From Chrysomallon squamiferum (lineage: Eukaryota > Animalia > Mollusca): a stretch of DNA of 64,000 bases. Under the pieces are notes generated by a model, which had not been told where the DNA came from, ran no database searches, and saw nothing but the letters and a program-made list of their open reading frames with translations. The DNA lies in the NCBI GenBank assembly GCA_012295275.1, contig CM022678.1, positions 4,154,001 to 4,218,000 of the forward strand. The letters are read 5' to 3'. This document shows, piece after piece, positions 1-44,122 of this stretch. The position numbers and the translations under genes were made by a program. How positions within the stretch are numbered: the first letter of the stretch is position 1; every line of letters begins with the position of its first letter.

Positions 1-73
1 TTATATTTATTTATTTATTTATTTTACTATTATTATTATTATTATTTTAATTTTATGTATTTATTTATTTATT

Positions 74-133
<60 letters not shown>

Positions 134-143
134 TTATATAAAG

Positions 144-366
144 TGTGAATGTCAAAGTTTATTCAAACGCTCGTTTCGGGCCGAGTTCGGGGCCCATTTG
201 GCTTAATGACGTCAACTGCTCTGGAACTGAACAATACCTAGACCAGTGTTCTTTGCGAAACTGGGGGATCACAACTGTGCACATTCATCGGATGTTAGTG
301 TCAGATGTCAAGGTATATATATTTATATATATATATGTTTGTAATTATCTTGATATAGATATATAC

Positions 367-401
<35 letters not shown>

Positions 402-402
402 C

Positions 403-501
<99 letters not shown>

Positions 502-1060
502 ATATGCATGTATATAGATACAGAGCATAGATTTATACATACAGTTCTGAAGAAGTATCCGTATGCATGAAGAAAAACAAGATAAGTATAAAGATGGAAG
601 GATAGATAGACAGACTGATAGATAAGAAGTAGATAATAGAGAGAACGGAAATGATGTAATTAAGTAATCTTTATTTTATTTATTTGTTTGTTTACATTTA
701 TATATGTATGAATGTTTGTATCTGTGTGAGTATACATATATATATATATATTATTCAGAGGATGCACGCCAGTCACAAGTACGACTCGTTAATGGTAGCA
801 CGAGGTTTGAGGGCAGAGTTGAAATTTATCACGATGGACGATGGGGTTCTATTTGTGATGATTCGTTTGGTGCACACGAGGCTAAAGTTTTCTGTCGCAG
901 TTTAATGTTACCAAGGTGAGATAACTCTGTGAATTATTAATAGTACTGTATGTCATATGTTATTTCGTGAAAAAAAAATTCTGTTTTGCATATAGTGATG
1001 CCACTAGCATAGAAAAATAACGGTGCCATGATTTGTATTAGCTAAGCTCTTTTATACTAG

Positions 1061-1137
<77 letters not shown>

Positions 1138-4100
1138 TATAATAATAATAATAATTATAATCATAATTATAATTATAATTGTAACAATAATAGCAATAAT
1201 AATAATATCAGTCGTAGTAATAGTAGAAGTAGATATAGTAGTAACAATGGCAGTAGTGTTGACGTAGTAGTAGTAGTTGTAGGAATAATAGTAGTTTATG
1301 TTTAAACAGATATCCCACTGCAATAGACATATGTAACTAGTTCCATTTTGATAAAACTGATTTTTTATTTTCTGTTTAAGTAAAAGAACGACAGTCTATC
1401 CTGCTGCACGATTTGGATCAAGTACGGGACCCATTTGGCTGGATGACGTCAAGTGTCAGGGCAATGAAGAAAACCTTGACCAGTGTTCCTTGCCACCATG
1501 GGGTCTTAGTAACTGTGACCATAGCGAGGATGTTGGCGTTAAGTGTGACGGTAACAATATGTAATTATTTTCCATTATAAAGACATACTTATCGAAAAAT
1601 AGGAATATAGACTGATGGAGTCAGACATACAGACCAGTAAAGATGGGCACGTAGATCGGAAGAGAGAGACATATATAGATCATTAGAAATGATAAGCACA
1701 TAAATCTATGGAGATAGATAACATATAGATAAGTTGAGACATATAGACATATAGATCAATATAGACAGACAGACAATAGACATATACACATACAGATACA
1801 CAGAGATGTAGAATCCCAGATTATCTTCGACGTTTCCTTATAAATTTCCTTATATCATTAAGTGTATTCATTTATTATTTGGTTGTTTGTTGGCGTTCTT
1901 ATTTGGTTGATTGTTTGATTGACTGATTGATTGATTTGATTGTTTGTATAATTTATTTGAATTTTTTTTTTGTCTGTTTTTAATAAGTTTTATTGTGTAA
2001 TTTATGTCATATATATATATATTGTTCTTTGGGGCTATTTCAGTAGGTTGGGTGTTCAGTACATGTATATGCTTTTTTTTCTTTTCTTCATTTTTTTTTT
2101 CTTTTCCTAAATTATTTACTTTTCTTAATTTACAAATTTATTAAGAAGATGTGACAAAATCACAAATAAGGCTGGTAAATGGTACAACGAGTTATGAGGG
2201 CAGAATTGAAGTTTATCACAATGGACAATGGGGTTCTATTTGTGATGATTCGTTTGGAACACCTGAGGCTAAAGTAGTTTGTCGCAGTTTAGGCCTACCA
2301 ACGTGAGTGATCTAATTATATGTGACCCGGTTTCAAAACATTTAGGAAATTCTTGGAATTTTATTGATTTTTAAACTATAAAATTCAAAGTTTTTGAAAT
2401 GTCGGTTACTGGAAATGAATTTACTTGCTTTTTGAAATTAATATGAACATTGGTAAAAGGAATATTCATAAAATTTCCTCGAATATAATTTGATTTTATG
2501 AATTTTTTATTTATTATTTTATTTTTTTTTTTTAAAGTATTAATGCAATATCCTATGGAAGTGCCCATTTTGGGCAAAGTGCAGGACCGATTTGGCTCAA
2601 TGATGTTGACTGCAACGGAAGAGAAGAGAATTTAGATCAGTGCAATCTGCAAGCCTGGGGACGTCACGGCTGTTCCCACGGCGAAGATGTTGGTGTTGAG
2701 TGTCAAGGTAGAGATGATGATGATGACTTTGAAAATCATGTCAGAGGTAGCAGCAGTGATAGTAACAGTAGTAGTAGTAGTAGCAATTGCAGCACTAGCA
2801 GAAGTAGTAGTAGTAGTAGTAGTATAGTAATAGTAGCAGGCATTATATGTAGTCACACTAGTAGTAGCAGTAGTAGTAGTAGTATGTTGCTGCTGCTATG
2901 GTAAGGGAGAATGCAGTATCACTGTTAATTGTAGTAATAGAACTAGTACTAGGTACTTGTAGACATTTTGTAATTTTTGTTGCAGGAGGAAAAGACACTA
3001 GATTAGTTGTAAACATGCAAACAGACAGACAAACTTAGATAGCGAGTGTGAATATTTGTAGCGGCAGGGTAACGAATATTTGTTCCTACCTACAAAAGAT
3101 TGTTTGGAGGAACTAATATTTGGTGAATATTAGCTTCCCATGCTTTAAGTTATAGAATTACTGTAAAATGTTCAGACTTGGACAAAAACACATTTAAAAA
3201 ATCAATTTCCTCAGTCTTTTGACACCACTGAACTAACTACCCTGAGTATTTTGATAAACAGAAATAAGAATTAGGAAAAATAAAGTCACAAGCAGCAGAA
3301 GGAGGTGACAGATTATCCATGTCTCAGTAACTTTAAACTACCGCTTTTCTTAATGTTAAAGGACAAATAAACAATAAATTTCAGACAAGTGATTTGGGTC
3401 CTGACATTTTGACAAAACATCAGCAGCTAAATATTTGTTCCTAATGGAAACAAATATTCTCTGAAACCAGCATCAGAATTTTTCAACTCCAGGGAAGGCA
3501 ACCAGCTTGCGTTCTCCTTGCTTGTCTAATGGAAGCTTCAGGTCCTGTATCTGTATATCATTTTTATTATTCAGATGTCAAGGTCAGACTAGTGAATGGA
3601 AGAGGAAATGTGCCCGAGGGTCGAGTCGAGGTTCTGATGGATGGAACGTGGGGTACTGTTTGTGACGACAACTTTGATGAAAAGGATGCTTCTGTTGTCT
3701 GTGCCATGACTGGTCACAATCGGTAATAAACTGATCATTTTCTTAGTGTTTAGACAGTTCTAAACAATTTTCGATAGATAAAGTAATTAATGTTTCAGAC
3801 GTTTTATGAATCTAAAAGAAATATTTGATGTTCTAAACATTTTCCTACAGTTTAAATAATTTCTAGTTGCCTAAATATTATTTGTTAATGGTCTAAATAT
3901 TTTTTTAATTCTGCAAACAAATTCAAATAATCAAAATCGTTGCATAATATCTGCAGTTTTTACAGTTTAAGCAATTCACAATAATCTAAATATTGTAAAA
4001 TAGGCAAAACTATTTTATAATAATCGATACATTTTTGATAATCTAAAGGATTTTCTTATATTTTTTGGCAGCCAAAGAATTATAGAATAAAACATTTCTT

Positions 4101-4519
4101 ACAGTGTAAAGAATTGTGATAGTAAAAATTGTTGTTTTTTTTATCAATATAAGAATGTTTCAATACTCTAAATAATTTGAAGCAGCCTAGTCAATTTCCG
4201 ATTGCGTAAACATTTTCTGAGAATTAAGACAATTTGAAATGAGTTTCTGATGTTTTAAATAGTCTGTGGAATGATCAAATATAAAGTCAGAAACATCTTT
4301 GTGATATTTGTATATAATTATCATTTGGTGGGTATTAAAAACGGAGCATCTGGATATAATTATTTAAATCTAATTTAAAAATGAAATAAAAATATAGATT
4401 AAATTACTGATTTATGATCGCGCATAATTCTGATCTGATTAAGAATGTCACCGATGTATTAAAATAATAACAATAATAATAATAATAATAATAATATAAT
4501 AATAATAATAATAATAATA

Positions 4520-4559
<40 letters not shown>

Positions 4560-5162
4560 GGGTTATGAAATAAAAATAGTAACTAAATAAATAAACTATT
4601 TAATTAATTAATTAAAAAAATACAAAAAGAAATAATATTAAGACTTACTATTTCCTTATCCTTCTTTTACCTAAAACGATTTACTTATCAAAGCCAATAC
4701 TACTTGGTGTATCTGCTAATAACATTATTGTTATATTTGGTATAGTGACTATTATACCTTTTTCTGTTATTACTGTATATTTCTTTGTCCCCTTTTTCCA
4801 TTCTTTTATTAACAGTCTTATTTCATTCCGCGTTCTTTTTGAAAATCCTGATGTTATTTATCACATTTATGCATATAAATATGTTATTTAATTATCGTTA
4901 AGCTCTGCTGCTCAAGTAATGAAGTATGGAAGCGGGACTGGACCAATTTACCTTGATGAGCTTAAATGCAATGGAACAGAAAACTCCATTCTAGACTGCG
5001 ACCATGATCCTATAGGTAAAAGTGACTGTGTTCATTCCGAAGATGTTGGTGTGAAATGTCAAAGAAATAGACAAACAGGTAACACACACGAAAAACTAGT
5101 GATGGCAGTAGTAATAGTATGCAGAAGTAATAAAGCTAGAGAGAACCAGCATTAGCATCATT

Positions 5163-5196
<34 letters not shown>

Positions 5197-5507
5197 GTAG
5201 TAGTACTACTACTAGCAGTAACATATAATAGTGGTAGAGCCATCACCATGCAGAATGGAAGTCTACTTACTTATTTATTGACTTACATATTAATTTACTT
5301 ACTTACTTATTTATCTGTATATATTTACTTATTGGCTTATTTATTTGTTTACTTTCCTATATATTTTCTTATTAATTTACTTACTTGCTTTTAGGTTATG
5401 GAAGGAATGGTGGCGAAACAGCTTGTGGACTATGCGGAGGTCTGCTTTTTATAGCAACAGCAATTCTTGTTATTTTCCTGGATCTGCTGGGTAGAGCTGG
5501 ACAGTAA
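144..5507 (+). CDS. Gene A (5'-partial): multi-SRCR (group A) protein with a C-terminal hydrophobic, GPI-signal-like tail
   Basis: Exons with AG/GT and matching phases: 144-312, 759-915, 1381-1550, 2146-2302, 2538-2707, 3575-3722, 4903-5078, 5395-5507 (TAA). Motifs RLVNG..EGRVEI.H...WGSICDD.F...A.V.C and GPIWL.DV.C.G.E..L.QC....WG...C.H.EDV.V.C (6 Cys, two exons per domain). Exon 144-312 has a -1 frameshift in a G run. Confidence 0.85.
759..1550 (+). CDS. Gene A SRCR domain (exons 759-915 + 1381-1550)
   Basis: [43 protein letters not shown] / [40 protein letters not shown]. Confidence 0.9.
2146..2707 (+). CDS. Gene A SRCR domain (exons 2146-2302 + 2538-2707)
   Basis: [39 protein letters not shown] / [40 protein letters not shown]. 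Confidence 0.9.
3575..5078 (+). CDS. Gene A last SRCR domain (exons 3575-3722 + 4903-5078)
   Basis: [40 protein letters not shown] / [40 protein letters not shown]. Confidence 0.9.
5395..5507 (+). CDS. Gene A terminal exon, GPI-signal-like or C-terminal membrane anchor
   Basis: Phase-1 acceptor ttttag|GT; reads [37 protein letters not shown] (small residues, spacer, hydrophobic stretch, very short tail). Confidence 0.7.
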
Positions 5508-5803
5508 TCCGTAATTTGACATTTATCAGTCTTCAAATGTCTCCATGTTTTATCTTATTTATCCACTCACATAGAGAAGAAAAAACAGTGAGGAATCAAC
5601 AGAATTGGTTCCTGAAGGGAAATATCTGCCAGAGAACAGTGAAAAATAACAGAAATATGTCAAATTAAAAAGCCAAGGATTTCATTCAAGAAAATGTAGC
5701 CAAAGAAGACGATTGTGAAATGAATTTTATGTATGTTTCTCTAATATGCGTATTTTGCTTTTATTTACCATTAACTATAGACAGATTTTATTTTTACATG
5801 TGT

Positions 5804-5846
<43 letters not shown>

Positions 5847-5883
5847 AACGTTTTTTTCCTTTTGTTTCATTGGTTCATTTTGC

Positions 5884-5985
<102 letters not shown>

Positions 5986-6097
5986 CTCTCTCTCATTATT
6001 TTATTGGATTCTGAACATTATTCTTTTGTTTTGAAAATAAAGTTTGCTATTAAAATAGGATTTTGCATTTTGTTTTTATGTTCTAGTCTTTTAAAAC

Positions 6098-6151
<54 letters not shown>

Positions 6152-6999
6152 GTAATAATATAATTTTGTTATTGTTATTACATTTGTTTTGTTGTAGTTC
6201 CTTTGTTGTTGTTTTTTGTGGGTTTTTCTCTCTTTTTTTTTCTTTTTTTTGTCCTCAATCTAGCAAACAAGGTCCATTTAGACTCCAGCAAATTCAGTTG
6301 CTTGGCGACCCTTTCAAACAGTTGGAATAACATATCTACGTCTGAGTCTTCAAATACAGGCACTGATTATGATGTCACTGTGTGATTACATTCAGAAAAC
6401 GTGATTATCATAGAACATATTTAGAATACGTAATTAAATTCAGTAACGTAATTTAGCTTCATTGACTAATGGTTATATATAGAAAACTGACTATTAATGA
6501 CTGCATTCAGAATACGTGATTTTGAAGGGACTATATTAAAAAAAAAAATAAAAGTAAAATAATAAAAAGATCGTCAGCGAAAATTCAGGAAATGTAAATT
6601 TTAAGTGATTGGATTAAAAAAAGGTGATTGTCGGCTCGTCTTCATTAAAATTAAGAAAACGTGACCATCAACTGATCAAGAAAACAAGATCAACATTGAT
6701 AATAATCAGAAAAAGTCACTATCCATGACTTATTTCAGAAAAGATGATTATCAGTCACTTCCTCAAAAAACGTGTTTATCAGTGATAATATTTAGAAAAC
6801 GTGATTTGAGTGAGAACGTGACCTGATTCAGAATATGTTATTATCACAAACTGCATTCAGCAGATGTAATTACTTAAAAGTTTTATTTCTCAGATGACAA
6901 CGCTCAGAATATCGCTGTGTCAAATTAATTACTGATAAGAGTATCTTCGCTGAAATAAATGACAGTTTTCTCCCTTGGGCTGTGACGATTTCTTTCTTT

Positions 7000-7540
7000 A
7001 TAATAATATAGTTCTCTCTTAATTTCATAAATAATAATATAAAAATAAATAAATAAAATAAATAAATAAATAAATAATAATAATAACAACAATAATAATA
7101 ATAATAAGAGTAATCATAATAATAACAATAAAAAAAAAAATAATAATAATAGTAATAATAATAATAATAATAAATAGTGTTATTTTTTATAAATATTTTT
7201 CATAAATATTAATATAAAAATAAATAAATAAAATAAATAAATAAATAATAATAATAACAACAATAATAATAATAATAAGAGTAATCATAATAATAATAAT
7301 AATAATATAGTTCTCTCTTAATTTCATAATTAATAATATAAAAATAAATAAATAAAATAAATAAATAAATAAATAATAATAACAACAATAATAATAATAA
7401 TAATAATAAGAGTAATCATAATAATAATAATAATAATAAATAGTGTTATTTTTTATAAATATTTTTCATAAATAATAATATAAAAATAAATAAATAAAAT
7501 AAATAATAATAATGCTAATAATAATAATAATAATAATAGC

Positions 7541-7578
<38 letters not shown>

Positions 7579-7706
7579 GTGTTATTTTTTATAAATATTT
7601 TTCATAAATAATAATATAAAAATAAATAAAAATAAATAATAATAATACTAATAATAATAAGAGTAATAATAATAATAATAATAAGAGTAATAATAATAAT
7701 AATTAT

Positions 7707-7744
<38 letters not shown>

Positions 7745-7745
7745 T
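7000..7745. repeat. Higher-order AT-rich tandem repeats built from (AAT)n/(AAAT)n blocks
   Basis: Recurring anchors 'tagttctctcttaatttcata', 'aagagtaatcataat', 'aaatagtgttattttttataaatatttttcataaat'; the mirror site near 43380 has one copy. Confidence 0.7.
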
Positions 7746-8675
7746 AAAAATAGTGAAGATAAAATTAAAAGAAAAAATACAATGAAATCAGTTTGATTCT
7801 TGTCTTTATATAAATCTGGAATAGTTGAAGACACTATTCTAGCAACAAGTGAAGATAATTAGGTAACTTCAGATCATTGAACAGAGAAGAGTTATCTTCC
7901 TTAGTTCTCTTGTAGTTATCTTTTTAAATTTTATTATTATTATTATTAACATCATCATAATCATCATCATCATCATTATAACAATACTACTTGCTGAGTG
8001 AAATCCTTGGCGTTCTAACTCGAAACGTTTCTGTTATTTTTCACTTTTCTCTGGAAGATGTTTCATTTTCAGGAACCAATTCTGTTCATTACTCACTGGT
8101 TTTCCTCTGTATGTGAGTGGAAAAATAAGATAAAACATGGAGACATTTGAAAACTGAAAAATATCAAATCACAGATTACTGTTCAGCAATATCCAGCAGA
8201 TCTCAAATTGTTCGATGTTCTAGTAACTCGATTGTAATTAAAAAACAATAACAACGACAATGACAAAAGAAAAAAAAGAAAAGAAGAAAACAAATATACG
8301 CATCTGTTATTTACAAATCTGTTAAAATACATGAACACACCAACTAAAATTTTATTTAATAATCTTAAACAGCAGAAAAAACATGCTAAAATAATTCCAA
8401 AATTAAATCTAAATATTAATATTTATTTATGACGATGTAGATGATGATGATGATGATTATAATCATAATATGAATAATGAAAATAAAAATAAATAAAAAA
8501 AAGTAAAAAGCAAATAAATAAATAATATACAAGTAAGAAAATATGTCAGTAAAGAAAGAAAGAAAAAGAAATAAACAAAATAATGAAAGTAAAAAGTAGT
8601 AAGTAAGTCAATAAATAAGTCAGTAAGTAAATAAATAAATGAATCAATCAATCAATCAATAAATAAATAAATGAA

Positions 8676-8726
<51 letters not shown>

Positions 8727-8819
8727 AACATTTTTGTTTTCGTTTTCTAACATTATTTTCTAAATCATTCTTCTAAACTTGGATGCGCATTGATCCCTGC
8801 TTTAAAGCACAGTCTCTCG

Positions 8820-24176
<15,357 letters not shown>

Positions 24177-26019
24177 GATTTTCTCTCCTTGAGACACAGT
24201 ATAAAAACCAACAAAACGACAGATATTTCTTAGTTTAGCTTGTCGTTTCGTCAGACGATATCACACTGCAGCATGGAGATCTCATACGAAAAGCCAATTA
24301 TTTGTTTACCTTTGACTTCTCATAGTGACGTTTGTATAGACATTCATTTACATGTTTCATGCATGTTATACCGTTAATTCACTACGTACTTTGTTACATT
24401 TAAATAGTAAAACGAAGCGCATTGCTTTGAAATCTTCTTTAGCGTTTATTGCACAAATAAAACGTTATTGTTAAAGCTAACAGAGACGAGACTGTCTTTC
24501 TAATGTTAAAAAGCAACTGTTTGGTAAGTTATTATAAAAGTCTTAGCGAATTCTTCTCTAACTATACGTAGATTAGACTGTTTGACACTGCCTCCATTTT
24601 TTTTTTTTTGACGATATACAAAGTTGAGTCATGAATATAACTGTATATGTTTTTAACCCTGATTTCAGTGGGAAAAAAAAGGAGAAATTGTTGATCACAT
24701 AGATATGAATTAAGAATGAAAATAAATAAAATTAATATTTGTCTGTTCGAGCGATCATGTTTATTAAATACTAAATTTATATTTTATTAACATGTTTTTA
24801 ACTGCAGCACATTCTTTAGTTAATTAACGGTAAAACATATATAAACCATCTAAATGAAGTTCTAAACAGACGTTCAACAAACAAACATATGTAATCAAAT
24901 CGAATTCGCTTTTGCATTTTTTGTTAAGCTATCTCCTTGGTACAGCCTGACATTTATATTTTGTATTTTTGACTCAAAAGCATAAGCTGCACTGATTGTT
25001 ATTGTCCTGTGTTTGATAGAAAACGGAAGCGTTGCTTGTTTCTGTTGTTGTTTATTTATTTGTCTGGTGTTTGTTACACTAGCAATACCGGTTTTCGCAA
25101 GCAAATAAAGCCGTTCCTTTCAGCGTCAACAGATGTCAGGCCTATTCACATAACTGAAAAAGGGTATAGAAACATTCTGAAGGATACGTCCATACAAACG
25201 GAACTGTGTGGTAAGTTACTATAAACGTCTTAATGAATTATTCTCTAACTATATGTAGATTAGACCGTTTGACAGTGCCTAAATTTTGTTCTTTCTGTTG
25301 GGTAAATACAAGGTTGACCCCCAGGTATTTTGTACACTGATTTCAGCGAGATTGTTTCTGACAAAAGCTTATTATCATGACTTATGTTACTATGTGTTGC
25401 AAAGGTATTAGATTTTTCAAAAACATTTACAATGAAATGTGAAAATAAAGTTTGTAATGCATTCGCCTGGCTAGACGAAGCACATGGCAAAGAATGTAAT
25501 CTTTGAAAATTCATAACTTTAGTTCTACTTCTAATGTTTTACACTTTTCAGAATGTTTCTATACCCTTTACTAAGTATATGAATAGACTTGACAGCTCTT
25601 GACGCTGAAATGAAAGGCTTTGTTTGTTTGCGAAAAACCGGTATTGCTAGTCTAACAAACACCAGACAAATAAATAAACAAGAACAGAAACAAGCAACGC
25701 TACCGTTTTCTATCGAACACAGGACAACAACAATCAGTGCAGATTTGAACACGCTTATGTCTTTGAGTCACAAATACAAAATATAAATGTCAGGGTGTAC
25801 CAAGCTGATAGTTTAACAAAAAATTCAAAAACGAAGTCTATTTGATTACAGTTGTTATCTTTCTTTTCTTTTTAATATTTGTTTAGAACTTCATTTAAAT
25901 ATTTTATATATTTCACATCGTTAATTAACTAAATAATGTGCTGCAGTTAGAAACATGTTAATAAAATATAAATTCAATATTTAATAAACATGTTCGCTTG
26001 AACAGACACGTACTAACTT

Positions 26020-26310
26020 TGGGACGTACATTTATATCAACACACACAGATCAGTTGATAATGGAAGATAAGTCTTTATCAATAGCAGAGAGCGAGGTGG
26101 ATGATGCTAGATGTTCTGCTTGTGTTATGACTACGGTTATGGCCAGAAAGGTAGCACGAGACCCAGTGGATATTTATAATTTGCCTGATACGTGTTTGAG
26201 CCATGAAAATGATGTGAATGAGGTTATTAGTAAAATAGGAGATAAGTCAAATGGAGAATTACATGTGATGGAAACGCAGAGGGTAAATGAATCAGTTGTG
26301 TTTGCGATCT
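26020..26310 (+). mobile_element. Possible Gypsy-type LTR retrotransposon pol fragment
   Basis: Non-repetitive ORF containing CSACVMTTVMARK..., similar to the ACxVTRAxA linker of Gypsy pol as I recall it; absent from the left palindrome arm. Confidence 0.35.
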
Positions 26311-27211
26311 TTATTTTTATATAGCTATTACAAGCACTAAGATTATACTGAGGCTGAAGAACACTATAGCTTGTTAAAAGAAAAATGCTGAACCGAGAAA
26401 TATTTACATTTCAGATTTTCTAATTCATTTCTTCTAATTGAAACTTATCATCTAGATCTTTTCATTGTGAATAATTTCGTATAAAAGTTCGTTACGGAAG
26501 TAGAATGTTCAGTGATTTCATTTCTTAGAATGTGACTGGTCTAGTGCAAGTAGATAAATTATGATAATGAGCTTTTTTTTATCGAGACAATCTCGCTTCA
26601 GAATGGAAACTCAAAAATGGAAATTTTACGAAAATTGTAAACAAATATTAATTTTATTTATTTTCATTGTTAATTCATATCTATTTGATTAACAATTTCT
26701 TCTTTTTTCCCCCACTGAAATCAGGGTTAAAAATATAAACAGTTATATTCATGACTCATCTTTGTATTTCGTCAAGAAAAAAAAAAATGGAGCCAGTGTC
26801 AAACAGTTTAATTTACGTAGAGTTAGAGAAGAATTCGCTAACACTTTTATAATAACTTACCACAGAATTGCTTTTTAACATTAGAAACACAGTCTCGACT
26901 CTGTTAGCTTTAACAATAACGTTTTATTTTCAAACTGCAATAAACGATAAAGAAGATTTCAAAGCAATGCGCTTCGTTTTACATTTAAATGTAACAAAGT
27001 ACGTGGTGAATTAACGGTATAACATGCATGAAACATGTAAATGAATGTCTATACAAACGTCACTATGAGAAGTCAAAGGTAAACAAATAATTGGCTTTTC
27101 GTATGAGATCTCCATGCTGCAGTGTGATATCGTCTGACGAAACGACAAGCTAAACTAAGAAATATCTGTCGTTTTGTTGGTTTTTATACTGTGTCTCAAG
27201 GAGAGAAAATC

Positions 27212-40903
<13,692 letters not shown>

Positions 40904-42708
40904 AGGTTAATGCGCATCCGATCTGAGCAGAATGTTTTTCGATATGAAAGGGAATAGTGTTTGAAAATGACAATTAAAATACATTGTTCATTTATTTATT
41001 CATTCATTCATTCATTCGTTCGTTCGTTTATTATTAATGTACTTACTAACTTGTAGCATTGTACTTTTTACTTTTACTTTGTTTTTATTTTATTTTTTCT
41101 TTCTTTACTTATTTTTTTTTTCTTAAGTGTTTATTATTTGTTTATTTCATTTTTATTTTTATTAATTATTTATTTATTTATATTTTCATTATTTATATTA
41201 TTATTATAATCATCAGCATCATCATCTATGTCGTTATAAACAAATATAAATATTTAGATTTAATTTTGGAATTATTTTAAGATGTTTATTCTGCTGTTTA
41301 AGGATACTAAATAATATTTTGGTTACGCTGTTTTCATGTATTTTAACATATTTGTAAATAATAGATATGTTTATTTGTTTTCTTTTTTTTTTCTTTTCTT
41401 TTCTTTTTTTGTCGTTGTTGTTGTTACTGTTTTTAATTACAATCGATTTGTTTAGAAAATCGAACAGTTTGAGATCTGCTGGATATTGCTGAACAGTAAT
41501 CTGTGATTTGATATTTTTCAGTTTTCAAATGTCTTCGTATTTTATTTTATTTATCCACTCACATACAGAGGAAAACCAGTGAGGAATGAACAGAACTTGT
41601 TCCTGAAAAGGAAATATAACACTATTTATTATTATTATTATTATTATTGTTGTTGTTGTTATTATTATTATTATTATTATTATAATTATTATTATTATTA
41701 TTATTATTATTATTTATTATTATTTATTATTTTTTTTATATATATATATTTTTTTTTTTTTTTGTATATATATTTTTTTTTAATTAAAAACGCCAAGGGT
41801 TTCACTCAGCAAAATCTACCCAAAGAAGACGATGTTGATGATGATAACCTTTAGCATTATGAATGTTATATATATTTTCCTAATATGCGTGCCTGGCTTT
41901 TATTTACCTTCAGCTACAGACAGACAGATTTTTTTTCTCTCTCTTGTTTGTTTGTTGTTGTTGTTTTTTTTTGTTTGTTTTTTTGTTGTTATGGTACATA
42001 AAAACGGGACTGTATCGAAAGAGTTACATTTCATAGGAGTGACATGAATATTTTATTAAAGAAGTGACATAACGATGGAATGACAATGTTTAAATAAATT
42101 ATATTTAAAAAAAAAAAAAAAAAAATCTATATATTGTTGTAAATTATTAAAATTAAAACCCCTGAATTCTCAATAAATTTTAAACTGATTTACAATCCTT
42201 TTTCTCCATCACAGTGTTTATCATAAAGTTTGCTAATAAAATCGCTTTTTCTTCTTTTTTTTGTTGATTTTTGTTTTTGGTGTTTTTAAGTTGTTGATGT
42301 TTTTTGTTGGTTTGTTTTGAATAAGTAAGAAGCTGAAAAATAGACTCTGGGATTTCATTAATTACTTTATTCAATCACTTCATTATGTCATTATTGTAAT
42401 TATTATTCTTATTATTTGTTTTTGTTTTTTTTTCTTGTTTTGGGTTTTTTTGTTTGTCGTTGATTTCTGGTGGGTAATGTTTTTTGCTTTGTTTTGTTTT
42501 TGTTTTTTTCTCGGGCTGTATTTGTTTTGGGTTATTGTTTTATTACTTTTCTTTTTTCTCTTTTTATTATTTTCTTTTGTTGTTTTTGTTTTGTTTGTTT
42601 TGCTGCTGCTATCAACATCATCTAATTCCATTATCTTATCTAGTTTGTCTATAGAATTATTTAATCTAGGAGAATATGAATTATTATTATTAGTGTGTGC
42701 ATGTGCAT

Positions 42709-42822
<114 letters not shown>

Positions 42823-43276
42823 ATATATACCAATACAGGATGTCAGAGCAAATAAACTTATATCTTACCAGGTAACCATGCCGAAATATCCATCTATCTT
42901 TAGACAGAACATTTATGTATAATTATTTTCTTAAAAAAAAAAAAAATTATATTTATCTCAGTACATCATTTTATTATTATTGTTATTCATTACTGCTCCT
43001 TGAACGAAAACACTGTAACAATAAACGTAATATGAATATTATTATTATCATGATGATGATGATGATGATGATGATAATAATAATAACAAAATGTAAAAAG
43101 ATAAAAAAGTAACTAGAAGTAGAACTAAGGGAGATAACTCTTCTCTGTTCAATGATCTGAAGTTACCTAATTAGCTTCACTTGTTGCTAGAATAGTGTCC
43201 TCAACTATTCCAGATTTATATATAGCCAAGAACCAAACTGATTTCATTGTATTTTTTCATTTAATTTTATCTTCAC

Positions 43277-43329
<53 letters not shown>

Positions 43330-44008
43330 GTTGTTGTTGTTGTTGTTTTGACTACTATTTTTTTAATATTATTATTTATGAAATTAAGAGAGAACTATAT
43401 TATTATAAAGAAAGAAATCGCCACAGCCCAAGGGAGAAAACTGTTATTTATTTCAGTGAAAATATTTTTATTACAAATTAATTTGACAAAGAGATGTTCT
43501 GAGCATAGTAGCCTGAAAAATAAAACTTATAAATAATTACGTCTGCTGAATGCACATTCTGATAAACCCGTTTTTTTGAGGAAGTGAATGATAGTCAGGT
43601 TTACTAAAATAAGTCACGGATAATCGCTTTTTCTGAATATTATCAATGTTAGTCTTGTTTCCTTAATTTTAATGAAGACGAGCCGACAATCACCTTTTTT
43701 AATACAATCACTTAAAAATTACATTTAATGAATTTTCACTGATGATATTTTTTATTTTTTTACTTTTATTTTTATTTTATTTTTTAATATAGTCCCTTCA
43801 AAATCACGTATTCTGAATGCAGTCATTAATAGTCAGTTTTCTATATATAACCATTAGTCACTGAAGCTAAATCACGTTACTGAATTTAATTACGTATTCT
43901 AAATGTGTTCTTTGATAATCACGTTTTCTGAATATAATCGCATGGTGACATGATAATCCAAATCCAGACATTTTCTTCTGTTTTGTTTTCCTTTTTTTTT
44001 TCTTCTCT

Positions 44009-44122
<114 letters not shown>

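Noticed and set aside
3065-3547. Possible hAT-like MITE (CAGG...CCTG) in a gene A intron
   Set aside because: Terminal match is only 4 bp, with no clear target-site duplication or second copy.
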